Source: Candidatus Acetothermia bacterium
GTDB taxonomy: Bacteria > Bipolaricaulota > Bipolaricaulia > RBG-16-55-9 > DRXL01
Assembly: GCA_016179105.1 (NCBI GenBank)
Contig: JACOSB010000035.1
Span: 9,479-73,478 of the forward strand
Reading direction: 5' to 3'
Length of the DNA: 64,000 bases
Shown here: piece by piece, positions 47,301 to 56,082 of the stretch
How the letters are laid out: each line of letters opens with the position of its first letter
Position numbering within the stretch: position 1 is the first letter of the stretch
Made by a program: the position numbers and the translations under genes
The notes under the pieces: generated by a model
Told to the model about the DNA's origin: nothing
The model's database searches: none
The model's input: only the letters and a program-made list of their open reading frames with translations

Positions 47301-49498
47301 TTACTCTCACGGTGGGTGTCAACGTCGCGGGCAGCCTGACCAATATCGCCACCGTCGCAGCCTTAGGCGATATGAATTCCGCCAACAATATTACGAGTGA
47401 CTCTACTACTGTAAACGCGGCAACTCACCCGGATCTGGCGATAAGCAAGACTCACAGTGGGAATTTTACGGTGGGAATCAATGGGACGTTTACCCTCGCG
47501 GTCACCAACGTGGGCTCGGCCAGCACGACGGGAACGATCACTCTGACGGACACACTGCCTACGGGGTTGGGGTTCGTTTCAGGGACAGGCACGAATTGGA
47601 GCTGTGGAGCTTCCGGGCAGATCATCACTTGCACCAACTCTGGTCCTTTGGCACCAAGCGCGGTCAGTAATCTCACTCTTACAGTGAGTGTGAATATTGC
47701 CGGCAATCTCACGAACACTGCAACCATCTCAACCCAAGATGATACCAATGCCACCAACAACACGGCCACTGATCCGGTGACCATTAACGCTACAGCTCAG
47801 CCAGATCTTTCGATCAGCAAGAGCCACAGCGGAAACTTTACGGTGGGAGTCAATGGAACATACACACTCACCGTGACGAACATGGGCTCCGCGAGTACCA
47901 CCGGAACGATCACCGTCACGGACTCGTTGCCCGCGGGGTTGAGCTTCGTCTCCGGCATAGGTAGCGCCTGGACGTGCAACGCTGTCTCTAAGACCGTCAC
48001 GTGTACCAATCCCGGCCCGCTCGCGCCCAGCGCCACGAGCACAGCCACACTGACCGTCGGCGTGAGTGTCTCGGGCAATCTGACCAACATCGCCACCGTC
48101 GCCTCCACGGGAGATGCCAATGCGACGAACAATACTGCCAGCGATCTCACTACGGTGAACGCAGCCCTGGAACCCGATCTCTCTCTCAGCAAGAGCCACA
48201 GCGGGAATTTTACCGTGGGACTCGTCGGGACCTATACACTCACGGTAACCAATGTCGGCTCGGCGAGCACAACCGGAGTCATCACTGTGACCGATACGTT
48301 GCCATTGGGATTGAGCTTCATATCAGGGACGGGCGCGGGCTGGAATTGCAGTGCGATGAGCTTAACGATTATTTGTACCAATCCGGGGCCGCTCGCACCG
48401 AGCACCAGCAGCACGATCTCTCTTGTGGTCGGCGTGAGCATCGCCGGGAACTGGACGAATATCGCCACGGTCTCGACCGCCGGCGATACGAATCCCTCCA
48501 ACAACGCAGCCAACGATCCCACGATCGTCAACGCCTCGCCTCAACCCGACTTGCAGATCACCAAGAGCCATAACGGGAATTTTACGGTGGGAACGACCGG
48601 CTCGTATGCGCTGACGATCACTAACGTCGGTGCCGCCAGCACGACAAGTCTGATCACTGTGGTCGATACGTTGCCGACGGGCCTGAGCTTTTTGGCAGGC
48701 ACCGGCAGCGGCTGGACCTGCGGAGCCGTGGCCCAGGTTATCACTTGCACCAATCCCGGCCCGCTCGCGTCCACTGCCGCAAGCAATCTCACACTGACAG
48801 TCGGAGTGAGTCTTTCCGGGGGCCTCACCAACGTCGCGACGGCCGCGACTCTCGGAGATACGAACCCGGTCAACAATTTCACGACGGACCCGACGATCGT
48901 CATGCCCGCGAGCAACGTTCTGATCCGCGCGACCATGCGGGCTGATGTGCTAACGCCCTTCATCGCTTACACTGTTATTCTGACTAACGCTGGCACGCAC
49001 GATCAGACGGACAACCCGGGCAACGAATTTGAAGCGCCGATTCCTCCCGGAACTCAGTTTATCCCGGAGCAGAGCAGTGCGACGTCCGGGACGCTCACGT
49101 TTGACGCGGCGACCAACAAAGCCCTTTGGAACGGCTCCATCCCAATCGGCCAGAGCGTGACGATCAGCATCGTCGTCAATGCTCAGACAATCCTGGGAGC
49201 GGCTAGCCAACCTTCCGATCGGCAAGCGAATGCCCTTCCTGTTTCGCTCGTATTTTTGAGCCCGTTGGTAGCCGGTCTTGCTTTAGTATTGAGGAAGAGA
49301 CGCGGGTGGGTCTTAGTTATGCTGCTCTTTTTTTTGGCTACGGCGAGCACCGGATGCACATTGTTCAACTTCAATCATCCGTTGGTCTGCAACCAAGGAC
49401 AAGTGCACTACGATTCGGACGGCAACGGAATCAACGATTCGGTCGAATTGACCAACGACCCGCGAATGCCTCAGCCCGGCACGCCAACGTGTATCTGA
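44330..49498 (+). CDS. Giant surface protein with 12 DUF11-like Ig repeats and a C-terminal membrane anchor
   Basis: GTG start 44330 after AAGGAGGAG, then a signal peptide. Repeats read PDL.I.KSHSGNF..G.NG.Y...VTNVG...VTDTLP.GL.F....W.C......C. TM segments near the C-terminus. Confidence 0.88.
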   Translation: MCTHSHTKDANEPNCLARRTWLLFSAFLLTALLVGSTALAAPDLSIAKSHSGNFTVGINGVYTITVTNVGPDSTTGAITVTDTLPTGLNFVSGTGSGWSCSAVGQTATCTNAGPLAASATSNITLTVSASAAGNLTNIANVATSGDTNSANDTASDPTTVNANPQPDLQITKSHSGNFTLGINSVYTLTVTNVGSASTTGTITVTDTLPTGLSFVSGIGSGWSCSAVVLTVTCTNPGPLAPSATASITLTVGVNVAGNVTNLATVSTSGDTNASNDTASDPTTVNTTPQPDLAISKSHSGNFTVGVNGSYTLTITNVGSSSTSGTITVTDTLPTGLSFVSGVGTSWSCGAVGLTVTCTNPGPLAPSATSTITLTVSVSISGNVTNIATVSTAGDTNAANNTASNPTAINATLQPDLSVSKTHAGNFTRGVNGTYTITVTNVGAASTTGTLTVTDTLPSGLSFVSGAGTGWTCSAVGQTVTCTNATALAPSTSSTITLTVSVNVAGNVTNIATAAGSGDTNPANDTTSDPTTINTTAQPDLLISKSHSGNFTVGVNGTYTLIVTNVGSASATGTLTVTDTLPTGLSFVSGTGSGWSCSAVGQTVTCTNPGPLAVSASSTITLTVGVNIAGGVTNIATVTNSADTNPANNTASDPTTIVGATGVDLAITKSHSGNFSVGVNGTYTITVTNLGSASTTGTITVTDTLPTGMSFVAGIGSGWTCSASGQTVSCTNPGPLAPSASSTITLTVGVNVAGSLTNIATVAASGDTNSANNTASDLTIIMGTNGLDLTITKSHSGNFTLGVNGTYTLTVTNVGSASTTGTITVTDTLPTGLSFVAGIGSGWTCSTVGPIVTCTNPGPLAPSASSTITLTVNVSLAGNLTNIATVSVSGDTNSTNNIASDATTINATPQPDLSISKSHSASFIAGTDGTYTITVTNVGSASTTGTITVTDTLPTGMSFVAGIGSGWTCSAVGQIVTCTNPGPLAPSATSTITLTVGVNVAGSLTNIATVAALGDMNSANNITSDSTTVNAATHPDLAISKTHSGNFTVGINGTFTLAVTNVGSASTTGTITLTDTLPTGLGFVSGTGTNWSCGASGQIITCTNSGPLAPSAVSNLTLTVSVNIAGNLTNTATISTQDDTNATNNTATDPVTINATAQPDLSISKSHSGNFTVGVNGTYTLTVTNMGSASTTGTITVTDSLPAGLSFVSGIGSAWTCNAVSKTVTCTNPGPLAPSATSTATLTVGVSVSGNLTNIATVASTGDANATNNTASDLTTVNAALEPDLSLSKSHSGNFTVGLVGTYTLTVTNVGSASTTGVITVTDTLPLGLSFISGTGAGWNCSAMSLTIICTNPGPLAPSTSSTISLVVGVSIAGNWTNIATVSTAGDTNPSNNAANDPTIVNASPQPDLQITKSHNGNFTVGTTGSYALTITNVGAASTTSLITVVDTLPTGLSFLAGTGSGWTCGAVAQVITCTNPGPLASTAASNLTLTVGVSLSGGLTNVATAATLGDTNPVNNFTTDPTIVMPASNVLIRATMRADVLTPFIAYTVILTNAGTHDQTDNPGNEFEAPIPPGTQFIPEQSSATSGTLTFDAATNKALWNGSIPIGQSVTISIVVNAQTILGAASQPSDRQANALPVSLVFLSPLVAGLALVLRKRRGWVLVMLLFFLATASTGCTLFNFNHPLVCNQGQVHYDSDGNGINDSVELTNDPRMPQPGTPTCI
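44453..48916 (+). repeat. Twelve intragenic tandem repeats of exactly 372 nt (124 aa)
   Basis: KSH/KTH codons at 44471, 44843, 45215, 45587 ... 48563; 48563-44471 = 11 x 372. Confidence 0.92.
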
Positions 49499-49505
49499 GA
49501 CCAGC

Positions 49506-50023
49506 TCAAGGCTGTAGTGCTAATTTTGCTGTACCGAAGAGAACACTGAACGCCTTACACCAGATAATCACGGTCTTGTACTGGGCAAGGTCCGTTCCAG
49601 CGGGGACGGTATAGTTCTGAGAGCCGAGGTTTCCCTTGAGCTTGCCGAGGTCAATATAGCCGTTCTTGACATCGCCGTCTTTCGTGAGCCAGACATAGAG
49701 ATCGGGCCCATTGCTCGCTTTGAAATCATCCTCGAAGCGCACGATGACTTCGGTAGGGCTCGTGCGCACCAGCTTGGCGGTGCCCTCGGCGTGATGAATC
49801 ACGGTGTCCGCGCTTACGAACTGCCCGTGACTCACAGGACAGTGAGAGTCGCAGCGCCCTCTTTTGTTGAGGCTGCGGGCAGCTGCTCGTTCACTTTGAC
49901 GTTGATGAAGAGCGGAGAGATCGTCCACCACGCAAACCATCCACCGCCCGCCAGCACTACTAAGCCAACCAGACTCAATAGAAGCTTGTGGGTCGGGCTC
50001 AACTGACGCAGGAAACTCACCAT
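49506..50023 (-). pseudogene. DM13-domain membrane-anchored protein split by a frameshift near 49833
   Basis: N-terminal frame (TM, WWTISPLFINVKVNEQLP) ends CTG TGA. The DM13 domain (HHAEGTA...NGPDLYVWL...LKGNLGSQNY...IWCKAFSVLFG) continues in an overlapping frame. Confidence 0.8.
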
Positions 50024-50059
50024 CTCAGATCACTTCCCATCTTACTAAATAGAGTGAAA

Positions 50060-50980
50060 TCATCGAATCATCGCTTGTCCTGTCGGGAACGAGCTCGCCT
50101 GATTGTTCATCGTATAGACATAATGATCCTTGGCACTGGTCGGTATCTGGCCTGCCAGCGGTTTTAGGGTGAACGGTGCGGGGCTGTCGTCCGGATCAGG
50201 CTCGACTGAGATCACTGCCGTCGCACCCGAGAGATCGATCGGGAAGGTTAAGCCGCTCGGGCTGTTCTTTAAAAAATCCTCGCCGGGGAAGGGTGGACCG
50301 GGTTGGGAGCTGCTGAAGGGTGCCGCTTCGTCGGCGGCGACTGGATTTCGGAATCTTCCGGTAGAGACGGGCACACCGTTGAAGACGACCCAGCCTTCGT
50401 ATTTCCAGCCCTCGGGCAGCGCTGGCAACTGGAGCCCCTGCGAGGGACTCCCGGTCGCAATATCGAGAAACCAGATACCGCTATTTTCATTGCTGTTGGT
50501 CCCATCAGTGGGAGTAGCGAGAATGTACTTTCCTGAGGCTCCGGCAAAATTGTTACCCAAGGCTTGCGTCGCAGCTACGGTCAAGCTGGCCGATCCGTTG
50601 GTGACATTTCCTGCTGCATAATGAGTTTTCGCCGGGATAACATCCGTGTCACCCGCGGGCTCGATCGTGATCACGATCGCCGTGGCCGGCCGTAGGTCCA
50701 CCTGAGTCATAAAGTCACCGTTGGGAATGGGTTGGCCCGTCAGTGTGACCGGCTTTCCCTGTTGATCGACGTTAAACTTTCCCGTCGAGATAGGCTGTCC
50801 GTGAATGATCGCCCACCCCTCGTAGTGGAAACCGTTTTGTAGCGGCTGAAACCCTTGAAGATCGAGGTGCAGTGTTCGTCCCGGCTCTGGCACGGGGGGA
50901 GTGAGTTCTGTGCATCCGCTCAGGCCAAGCAAACTTATCAAAATTAGAGCAATGGGTGAGAAATGGGTAACTCTTGCCAT
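50060..50980 (-). CDS. Lipoprotein of the RskA-C-related 'anti-sigma factor'-annotated family
   Basis: Lipobox LGLSG-C. Two internal copies of YEGW...G.P.STG.F and ISVEP(.)D/ITIEP.GD. Confidence 0.7.
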   Translation of the reverse strand: MARVTHFSPIALILISLLGLSGCTELTPPVPEPGRTLHLDLQGFQPLQNGFHYEGWAIIHGQPISTGKFNVDQQGKPVTLTGQPIPNGDFMTQVDLRPATAIVITIEPAGDTDVIPAKTHYAAGNVTNGSASLTVAATQALGNNFAGASGKYILATPTDGTNSNENSGIWFLDIATGSPSQGLQLPALPEGWKYEGWVVFNGVPVSTGRFRNPVAADEAAPFSSSQPGPPFPGEDFLKNSPSGLTFPIDLSGATAVISVEPDPDDSPAPFTLKPLAGQIPTSAKDHYVYTMNNQASSFPTGQAMIR

Positions 50981-51043
50981 TTGACTGTCTCCTTCTTACT
51001 TTTATCAAAGAGTACGTTCCAAAGCGTTATCTCTGTATTAACT

Positions 51044-51067
51044 TACGAATCGAGCTGGTCGTTGGAT
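51044..51067 (-). promoter_or_regulatory. Candidate ECF-sigma promoter (copy 2)
   Basis: ATCC-N16-CGTA on the minus strand upstream of the lipoprotein gene. Same motif and spacing as upstream of the sigma gene. Confidence 0.55.
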
Positions 51068-51078
51068 CTCTTCTCGTT

Positions 51079-51831
51079 TCAGCGATAGTCTTTCGCGATC
51101 AGGATCGTTCCCGAGGGTCGATCCGATTGAACGCCCTTTGTCTCTAACGTGACCATCACCGCATCGAACGCACCGGGCTTGTGCGTTACCAACCAGCCCT
51201 TGCCTCCGGTACTCACATAAACGACGCCTGCGTCGGTGAAGGCGCTTGCGGTTTTGAACCAGACGTGGTACTCCGAATCCGACGGAGCCGCGGGCGTATC
51301 CGCCACGAGAATGACGGCCATCTCTGAATCGGGCTGTGTGCAAATGCGTCCCCACGAGCTGGCGTATTGGGCTGGACGCTCCGGCGCACCGGGGAGATGC
51401 GTAGCTTCTTGACACGTGAGCGCAATGCCGATGCCATGCTCCATCTCCTCCACACGCTGCGTCAACTGAGTCACGGTATTCTGATAGTGATAGAACAGCA
51501 GACCCAAAGCCACTAAAAATATAGCGCTCGTCGCCGCCAGAGCCGGCACCCAGACCGGCGCTTTCCACCAGGCACGGCGATGCTCTTTCACAGACTCGGC
51601 TCGCGTGGCGATCGCCTGAAGAATTTTTGCTTTCAACGGTTCGGGCGCATTCAGGGGCACCACGGCTTGAGTCGCATACGGAAGCAGCGTGACAATTTCC
51701 AGATACTCATCGATGCGCTTGCGGCACGCGAGACACTCTTTCAGATGCGACTCCACGCGAGCAGCTTCTCCCGGGTCGAGCGCACCCAGCGCATACGCCT
51801 CACCCAACTCATCGATCTCGCGACAGTTCAT
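51079..51831 (-). CDS. RskA-like zinc-binding anti-sigma factor
   Basis: YALGALD..E...VE.HLKEC.AC (HxxxCxxC), one TM helix, C-terminal YHVW...VTLE..G....P.G. Confidence 0.9.
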   Translation of the reverse strand: MNCREIDELGEAYALGALDPGEAARVESHLKECLACRKRIDEYLEIVTLLPYATQAVVPLNAPEPLKAKILQAIATRAESVKEHRRAWWKAPVWVPALAATSAIFLVALGLLFYHYQNTVTQLTQRVEEMEHGIGIALTCQEATHLPGAPERPAQYASSWGRICTQPDSEMAVILVADTPAAPSDSEYHVWFKTASAFTDAGVVYVSTGGKGWLVTHKPGAFDAVMVTLETKGVQSDRPSGTILIAKDYR

Positions 51832-52406
51832 ACCCGGACAACCCCTTCTTGAATGAGAACAACTCTCAGTTTTTGCAGCCCCAAGCGAACTCTCGTCTTG
51901 ACCGTGCCCAACGGGATATTCAGTTGCGCGGCAATCTGGGATTGTGTCAAGCCCTGAAAATAGGCGAGATCGATCACTTCACGCTGGTCGGCGGACACGG
52001 CAGCTAGGGCTTTTGTGACAGCCACGCGGCGGGCTTCATCCTGCATCTGTTCATCGATGCTCAGCACTTTGTCCGGGATTTCTTCCAGCGGAAAGTCTGC
52101 ATCTTCGGCTAACAGCGTCTGTTTATGCCGCCGACGACGGCGCAGTTCATCGATCGCTCGATAGTGCGCAATCCGCATGAGCCACGTCACAAACGATCCA
52201 CGCTCCGGCTCGAAGAGATTCGCTTTGCACCAGAGTGTCACGAAGACCTCCTGCACGATTTCTTCGGCCGTCTCGCGCCCCAGCATCCGGGCCGCCAAAG
52301 AGTAAATGATGTTCGCATAGCGGTCATAAAGAATCTCAAACGCATCTTGGTTGCCCTCGCGAATCTTTCTCACCAAAATCAGGTCTTCCCGCTCGAACTC
52401 ATTCAC
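51828..52406 (-). CDS. ECF RNA polymerase sigma factor (SigK-like)
   Basis: AFEILYDRY, AEEIVQEVF..LW, F.TWL..IA..RAID, LAYFQGLTQS.IA..L..PLGTVKTR. Overlaps the anti-sigma start. Confidence 0.94.
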   Translation of the reverse strand: MNEFEREDLILVRKIREGNQDAFEILYDRYANIIYSLAARMLGRETAEEIVQEVFVTLWCKANLFEPERGSFVTWLMRIAHYRAIDELRRRRRHKQTLLAEDADFPLEEIPDKVLSIDEQMQDEARRVAVTKALAAVSADQREVIDLAYFQGLTQSQIAAQLNIPLGTVKTRVRLGLQKLRVVLIQEGVVRV

Positions 52407-52468
52407 ACATTGTCCGCCTTCCGTGCACGGATACTCGCTCCATCTGCCACGAATGGATCACTCAGCTA

Positions 52469-52492
52469 TACGATCATCTTTCGTTTTTGGAT
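52469..52492 (-). promoter_or_regulatory. Candidate autoregulatory ECF-sigma promoter (copy 1)
   Basis: ATCC-N16-CGTA on the minus strand, about 60 nt upstream of the sigma start. Confidence 0.55.
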
Positions 52493-52512
52493 TGCTGGGG
52501 TACGAGAAGAGA

Positions 52513-53580
52513 CTAAGGCACGCACACCTGACCGCTTGGCCCATTCTTGAATGTGTGGTTCCCAGGATTGCCCGCGCCGTCTTGCTTACCCAATTTGTTA
52601 TTATGCTCGATCATATTATGCCCCTTGAAGGAGACGCTACCCGTGAATTCGTCTTCGGCATAGCCACACTGTTTTAATGTAGAGCCGATGCCCCAGTCGG
52701 TGTTGCTCGCCACGACGGAGTCGGCCAATCTGAGCTGCGCTTGACCGCTCAGCTCGATACCATTGCAAAACTCCACTCGACATTCGCGGAGGAACCCATT
52801 GTCCGAAATGGTGCTGCCTTGAATCTCTGTCTTCGATGACTCTAGAAGCAGTAACCCCTCCGCTCCGTTGTCGGAGACTTGGGAGTTGCCGAGCATCACG
52901 AAAGCCGTGTCACTGACCAGAAATCCCAGCCGATTGTATCGTATGGCGGAGTTTGTCGCGGCGACTTGAGCGGCCTCTTTAGCATCGACGCCAAAATTGT
53001 TGCTCGTCACCGGAGTGTTCGAGAGACTCGTCTGCGAAAATCCCTTGGCCAAAAGCCCGACGGAATTTCGACAGAGCAAGGAGTTGCTCAGCGTCACTTG
53101 CGCCGCACCGTCAGCGAGCAGGCCCTGCGAGACGTCGCAGACGCGGACATCTTTCAGGGTCACGTTGGCTCTGCCAGAGACACTCACTCCGACGGTGGGG
53201 ACGCTGAGTGTAGAAGTCACCGTAAGCCCCTCGATCGTGACCAGAATATCTACACTGGCATCGATATGCAGAACAGCCAGGCCTAAGTTGGGAGATATCT
53301 CCAAGTAAGTTCGCTCTTGGCCGGCGCCGTGCAGCGTGACGCTCCGGGTGATCTCCACGGTCTCCAGAAAAATCCCCGCGCCTAGGCAGATCACTGCTCC
53401 GGAGGGAGCCATATTGATCGAGGCCTGAATGGGGTCTCCGGGTTGCACGGTGGTGTCGCATTCCGGCTGCGCGCCGCCCCATCGACCGTTGTTCGCGAGA
53501 GCCAGAGTGATAATAATCAAGAAAAAGAGGCAGCCTCGCCGGATTTTGAGAGACCGACTTCCCATAAATACCCCCCGCAT
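52513..53580 (-). CDS. Secreted right-handed parallel beta-helix protein
   Basis: Signal peptide, IQA.IN.A..G..I.L..G.F.E pectin-lyase-like start, repeated I..N..G strands. Start may be 53562. Confidence 0.78.
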   Translation of the reverse strand: MRGVFMGSRSLKIRRGCLFFLIIITLALANNGRWGGAQPECDTTVQPGDPIQASINMAPSGAVICLGAGIFLETVEITRSVTLHGAGQERTYLEISPNLGLAVLHIDASVDILVTIEGLTVTSTLSVPTVGVSVSGRANVTLKDVRVCDVSQGLLADGAAQVTLSNSLLCRNSVGLLAKGFSQTSLSNTPVTSNNFGVDAKEAAQVAATNSAIRYNRLGFLVSDTAFVMLGNSQVSDNGAEGLLLLESSKTEIQGSTISDNGFLRECRVEFCNGIELSGQAQLRLADSVVASNTDWGIGSTLKQCGYAEDEFTGSVSFKGHNMIEHNNKLGKQDGAGNPGNHTFKNGPSGQVCVP

Positions 53581-53709
53581 CTCCAGCCTACACGGTATAA
53601 CCCAATTCTACACGCCGATCCAGTATTTGCTGGAATGCACGCTCATTTCAGCGCATCGGAATCGAAGAAAAGTCTATTTGACACGCTCGCTCGAGACTGA
53701 TCGCAAGCC

Positions 53710-54729
53710 TTACTTCCCAACTCGCCCGAGCTTGCTGTTTCCGAAATTGGCGTACCAGATGCTGTTGTCAGGCGCGATGGTAATAAAGCGCACTTGGGCG
53801 TTAGACGCCGGTGTCTTAAAGACGAGCGTTTGTAGAGTGCGTGGGTCGAATCGAACAATCTGATCGGTCGCGAATTCGCTGTACCAAATAAAATCTTCTT
53901 TGTCGACAGCGATCGCGTAGGGCGCCGAGCGCGCCGAGACTGTGTCGTACTCGGTGAACGAATTATTATTTGGATCGAAGAAGGCGATTTTGTTCGCGCG
54001 GTTGTACGTGATCCAGATGCGTCCCTTGGAGTCGATGCTCACGCGGCGCGTCCCGGAGTTGGGCGTCGGTGGAGAGAATTCTTGGATCTGTCCCGTCGCT
54101 GGGTCGAGCCGTCCCAGCTTGTTCCCGCTCAGCTCGGCGAACCAGACGATGCCATTCTTATCGATCTCGATCCCGTAAGGAGTCGAGTTGGGAGTGGGTA
54201 CAGTAAATTCTGTAAATTTCCCGGTGTTCGGGTCGAGCTTGCCAATTTTGCTGGCCCTTTGTTCTGTGAAGTAGACGTTGCCATCTTTGTCAGGCCAAGG
54301 CGTATGTGGGCCGCCATTGGCAGTGGGGACTGAAAATTCTTTCATCTCGCCCGTAGCCGGAGTCAGTTGTACAATTTTGTTGCCGTTGATGAGCGTCACA
54401 TAGACCAGCCCCGTCTTCGGGTCGACGCAGACTCCATGGGGCTGTGCATTGGGCGTCTTCACGGGGAATTCAGTGAATTTTTCGGTCTTGGGGTCGAAAA
54501 CGCCGATTTTGTTCGCGCTCAGTTCCGCAAAGTAGATTCTTCCGTCAGGAGCAGCCGCGCTCGAATGGGGAGTCGCGTTTGGCGTCGGCATGGTGTATTC
54601 GACAATTTTGAGCTCGTTCTGTCCTAACGGGGCAAACGCCTGTCCCGCAACCAAGAGTAAACCCAGAAAGAATAGAGTCACCGAGACTATTTTCTTCGGA
54701 AGACCCAGCTTGTGACCGAAAGATTTCAT
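53710..54729 (-). CDS. Secreted Vgb (virginiamycin B lyase)-like beta-propeller
   Basis: Repeats P.PN..P.G...D..G..WF.E...NK.G..DP.TG...E. ATG 54729 after AAGGAGG. Confidence 0.85.
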   Translation of the reverse strand: MKSFGHKLGLPKKIVSVTLFFLGLLLVAGQAFAPLGQNELKIVEYTMPTPNATPHSSAAAPDGRIYFAELSANKIGVFDPKTEKFTEFPVKTPNAQPHGVCVDPKTGLVYVTLINGNKIVQLTPATGEMKEFSVPTANGGPHTPWPDKDGNVYFTEQRASKIGKLDPNTGKFTEFTVPTPNSTPYGIEIDKNGIVWFAELSGNKLGRLDPATGQIQEFSPPTPNSGTRRVSIDSKGRIWITYNRANKIAFFDPNNNSFTEYDTVSARSAPYAIAVDKEDFIWYSEFATDQIVRFDPRTLQTLVFKTPASNAQVRFITIAPDNSIWYANFGNSKLGRVGK

Positions 54730-54811
54730 GATGACCTCCTTGGGCATGATACTCTATCTTCTCCCAATCAGCGTAAAAAATCCATAGAAACTCCATCGAC
54801 ATAGAAGCTTC

Positions 54812-55966
54812 TCAGCATAACGCCTTCAGCTTCTGCGCCGCTGCTTCGAGCGTCGCCATCTTCTTGCAGAACGCGAATCGCACTTGCTGAGAGCCTAGCT
54901 CCGGTCGCGAGTAGAAGCTGCTACCCGGCACCACGGCGATGCCGACGTCTTTGACAAGATACTTGGCAAACTCGACATCGTTTGAGTATCCGAATTGCGA
55001 AATGTCAGCAATGATATAATACGCTCCCTGCGGCTTTTCATAGAGCCCGAAGCCGGCCTTTTCTAGAGCGTTCCAAAGAAAGTCACGCCGTTCCAGATAA
55101 TCTTGAGCCAATTGCTGATAGTATTCGTTTCCCAATTTCAAGCCAGCCACGGCTCCTTCTTGGAGCGGCGCGGGCGCGCCCACCGTGAGAAAGTCATGCA
55201 CTTTTCGGATCGAGTTCGTAATTTTTTTCTCGGCGATGCACCAGCCGACGCGCCAGCCTGTGAGCGCATACGTTTTGGAGATCCCGCTAATCGTGATAGT
55301 TCGATCTCTCATGCCCGGCAACGAAGCCATGCTCATGTGCTTCGCTCCGTCGTAGAGAATGTGCTCGTAGATTTCGTCAGTAATAGCCAACGAATCATAT
55401 TTTTGGCAGAGCTCGGCGATCAGCTTCAACTCTTTCTCTGAAAAAACTTTGCCCGCCGGGTTGTGCGGGGTGTTGACAATGATCGCCTTTGTTTTTGAGC
55501 TAAACGCCGACTTTAGTTCATCACTGTCAAACGACCAGTCGGGTGGATGCAGCGTCACGTAACGGACGCTGGCGTCGCACAAGATCCCATCTGGTCCGTA
55601 ATTTTCATAGAATGGCTCGAAGACGATGATCTCATCGCCGGGGTTCGTTACCGCCAAGAGCGCTGCGATCATCGCTTCGGTCGCGCCGCAACACACAGTA
55701 ATATCAGTTTCCGGGTCGATCGCGACGCCGTTATAAGATTTGAATTTTGCAGCGAGCACCTCGCGCAACGACTTATTGCCCCAAGTGATCGCGTACTGAT
55801 TGATGTCTTTGCGAATCGCTGCGATCGCGGCTTCCTTTATGAGATCGGGAGCAGCAAAATCCGGGAAGCCTTGGGAGAGATTGACCGCGCCGTATTGTAG
55901 CGCGAGGCGGGTCATATCTCGGATGACAGATTCGGTAAATGTCTCAGCTCGACGAGAGAGTTGCAC
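54812..55966 (-). CDS. Class I/II PLP-dependent aminotransferase (YbdL/kynurenine aminotransferase-like)
   Basis: AVNLSQGFPDF, NQYA, GATEA, NTPHNPAGK, DEIYE, SKTYALTGWRVG, VRFAFCK. GTG start 55966 after AAGGAGG. Confidence 0.92.
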   Translation of the reverse strand: MQLSRRAETFTESVIRDMTRLALQYGAVNLSQGFPDFAAPDLIKEAAIAAIRKDINQYAITWGNKSLREVLAAKFKSYNGVAIDPETDITVCCGATEAMIAALLAVTNPGDEIIVFEPFYENYGPDGILCDASVRYVTLHPPDWSFDSDELKSAFSSKTKAIIVNTPHNPAGKVFSEKELKLIAELCQKYDSLAITDEIYEHILYDGAKHMSMASLPGMRDRTITISGISKTYALTGWRVGWCIAEKKITNSIRKVHDFLTVGAPAPLQEGAVAGLKLGNEYYQQLAQDYLERRDFLWNALEKAGFGLYEKPQGAYYIIADISQFGYSNDVEFAKYLVKDVGIAVVPGSSFYSRPELGSQQVRFAFCKKMATLEAAAQKLKALC

Positions 55967-56082
55967 AGGTCCTCCTTCAGTGGCCTCCATTATACAACGC
56001 TCCTCTCATGAAGGGGTATCGCAGTTTCATCTGGGCAGAAAGCCAAAGTTGTGCTAAAGTAGAGTCTGAAAAAGGAGCAACA

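Noticed and set aside
44453-48916. Regularly spaced repeats considered as a CRISPR array
   Set aside because: The period is 372 nt, in frame and protein-coding, with no short repeat/unique spacer structure and no cas genes.
44591-49374. Series of periodic minus-strand ORFs across the giant gene
   Set aside because: They are mirror products of the 372-nt coding repeat, not independent genes.
49830-49836. TGA in the DM13 gene considered as selenocysteine recoding (a SelD homolog is nearby)
   Set aside because: The DM13 domain continues in a different frame, so read-through would not restore it. No in-frame TGA was seen at catalytic positions of the sulfur-cluster genes.
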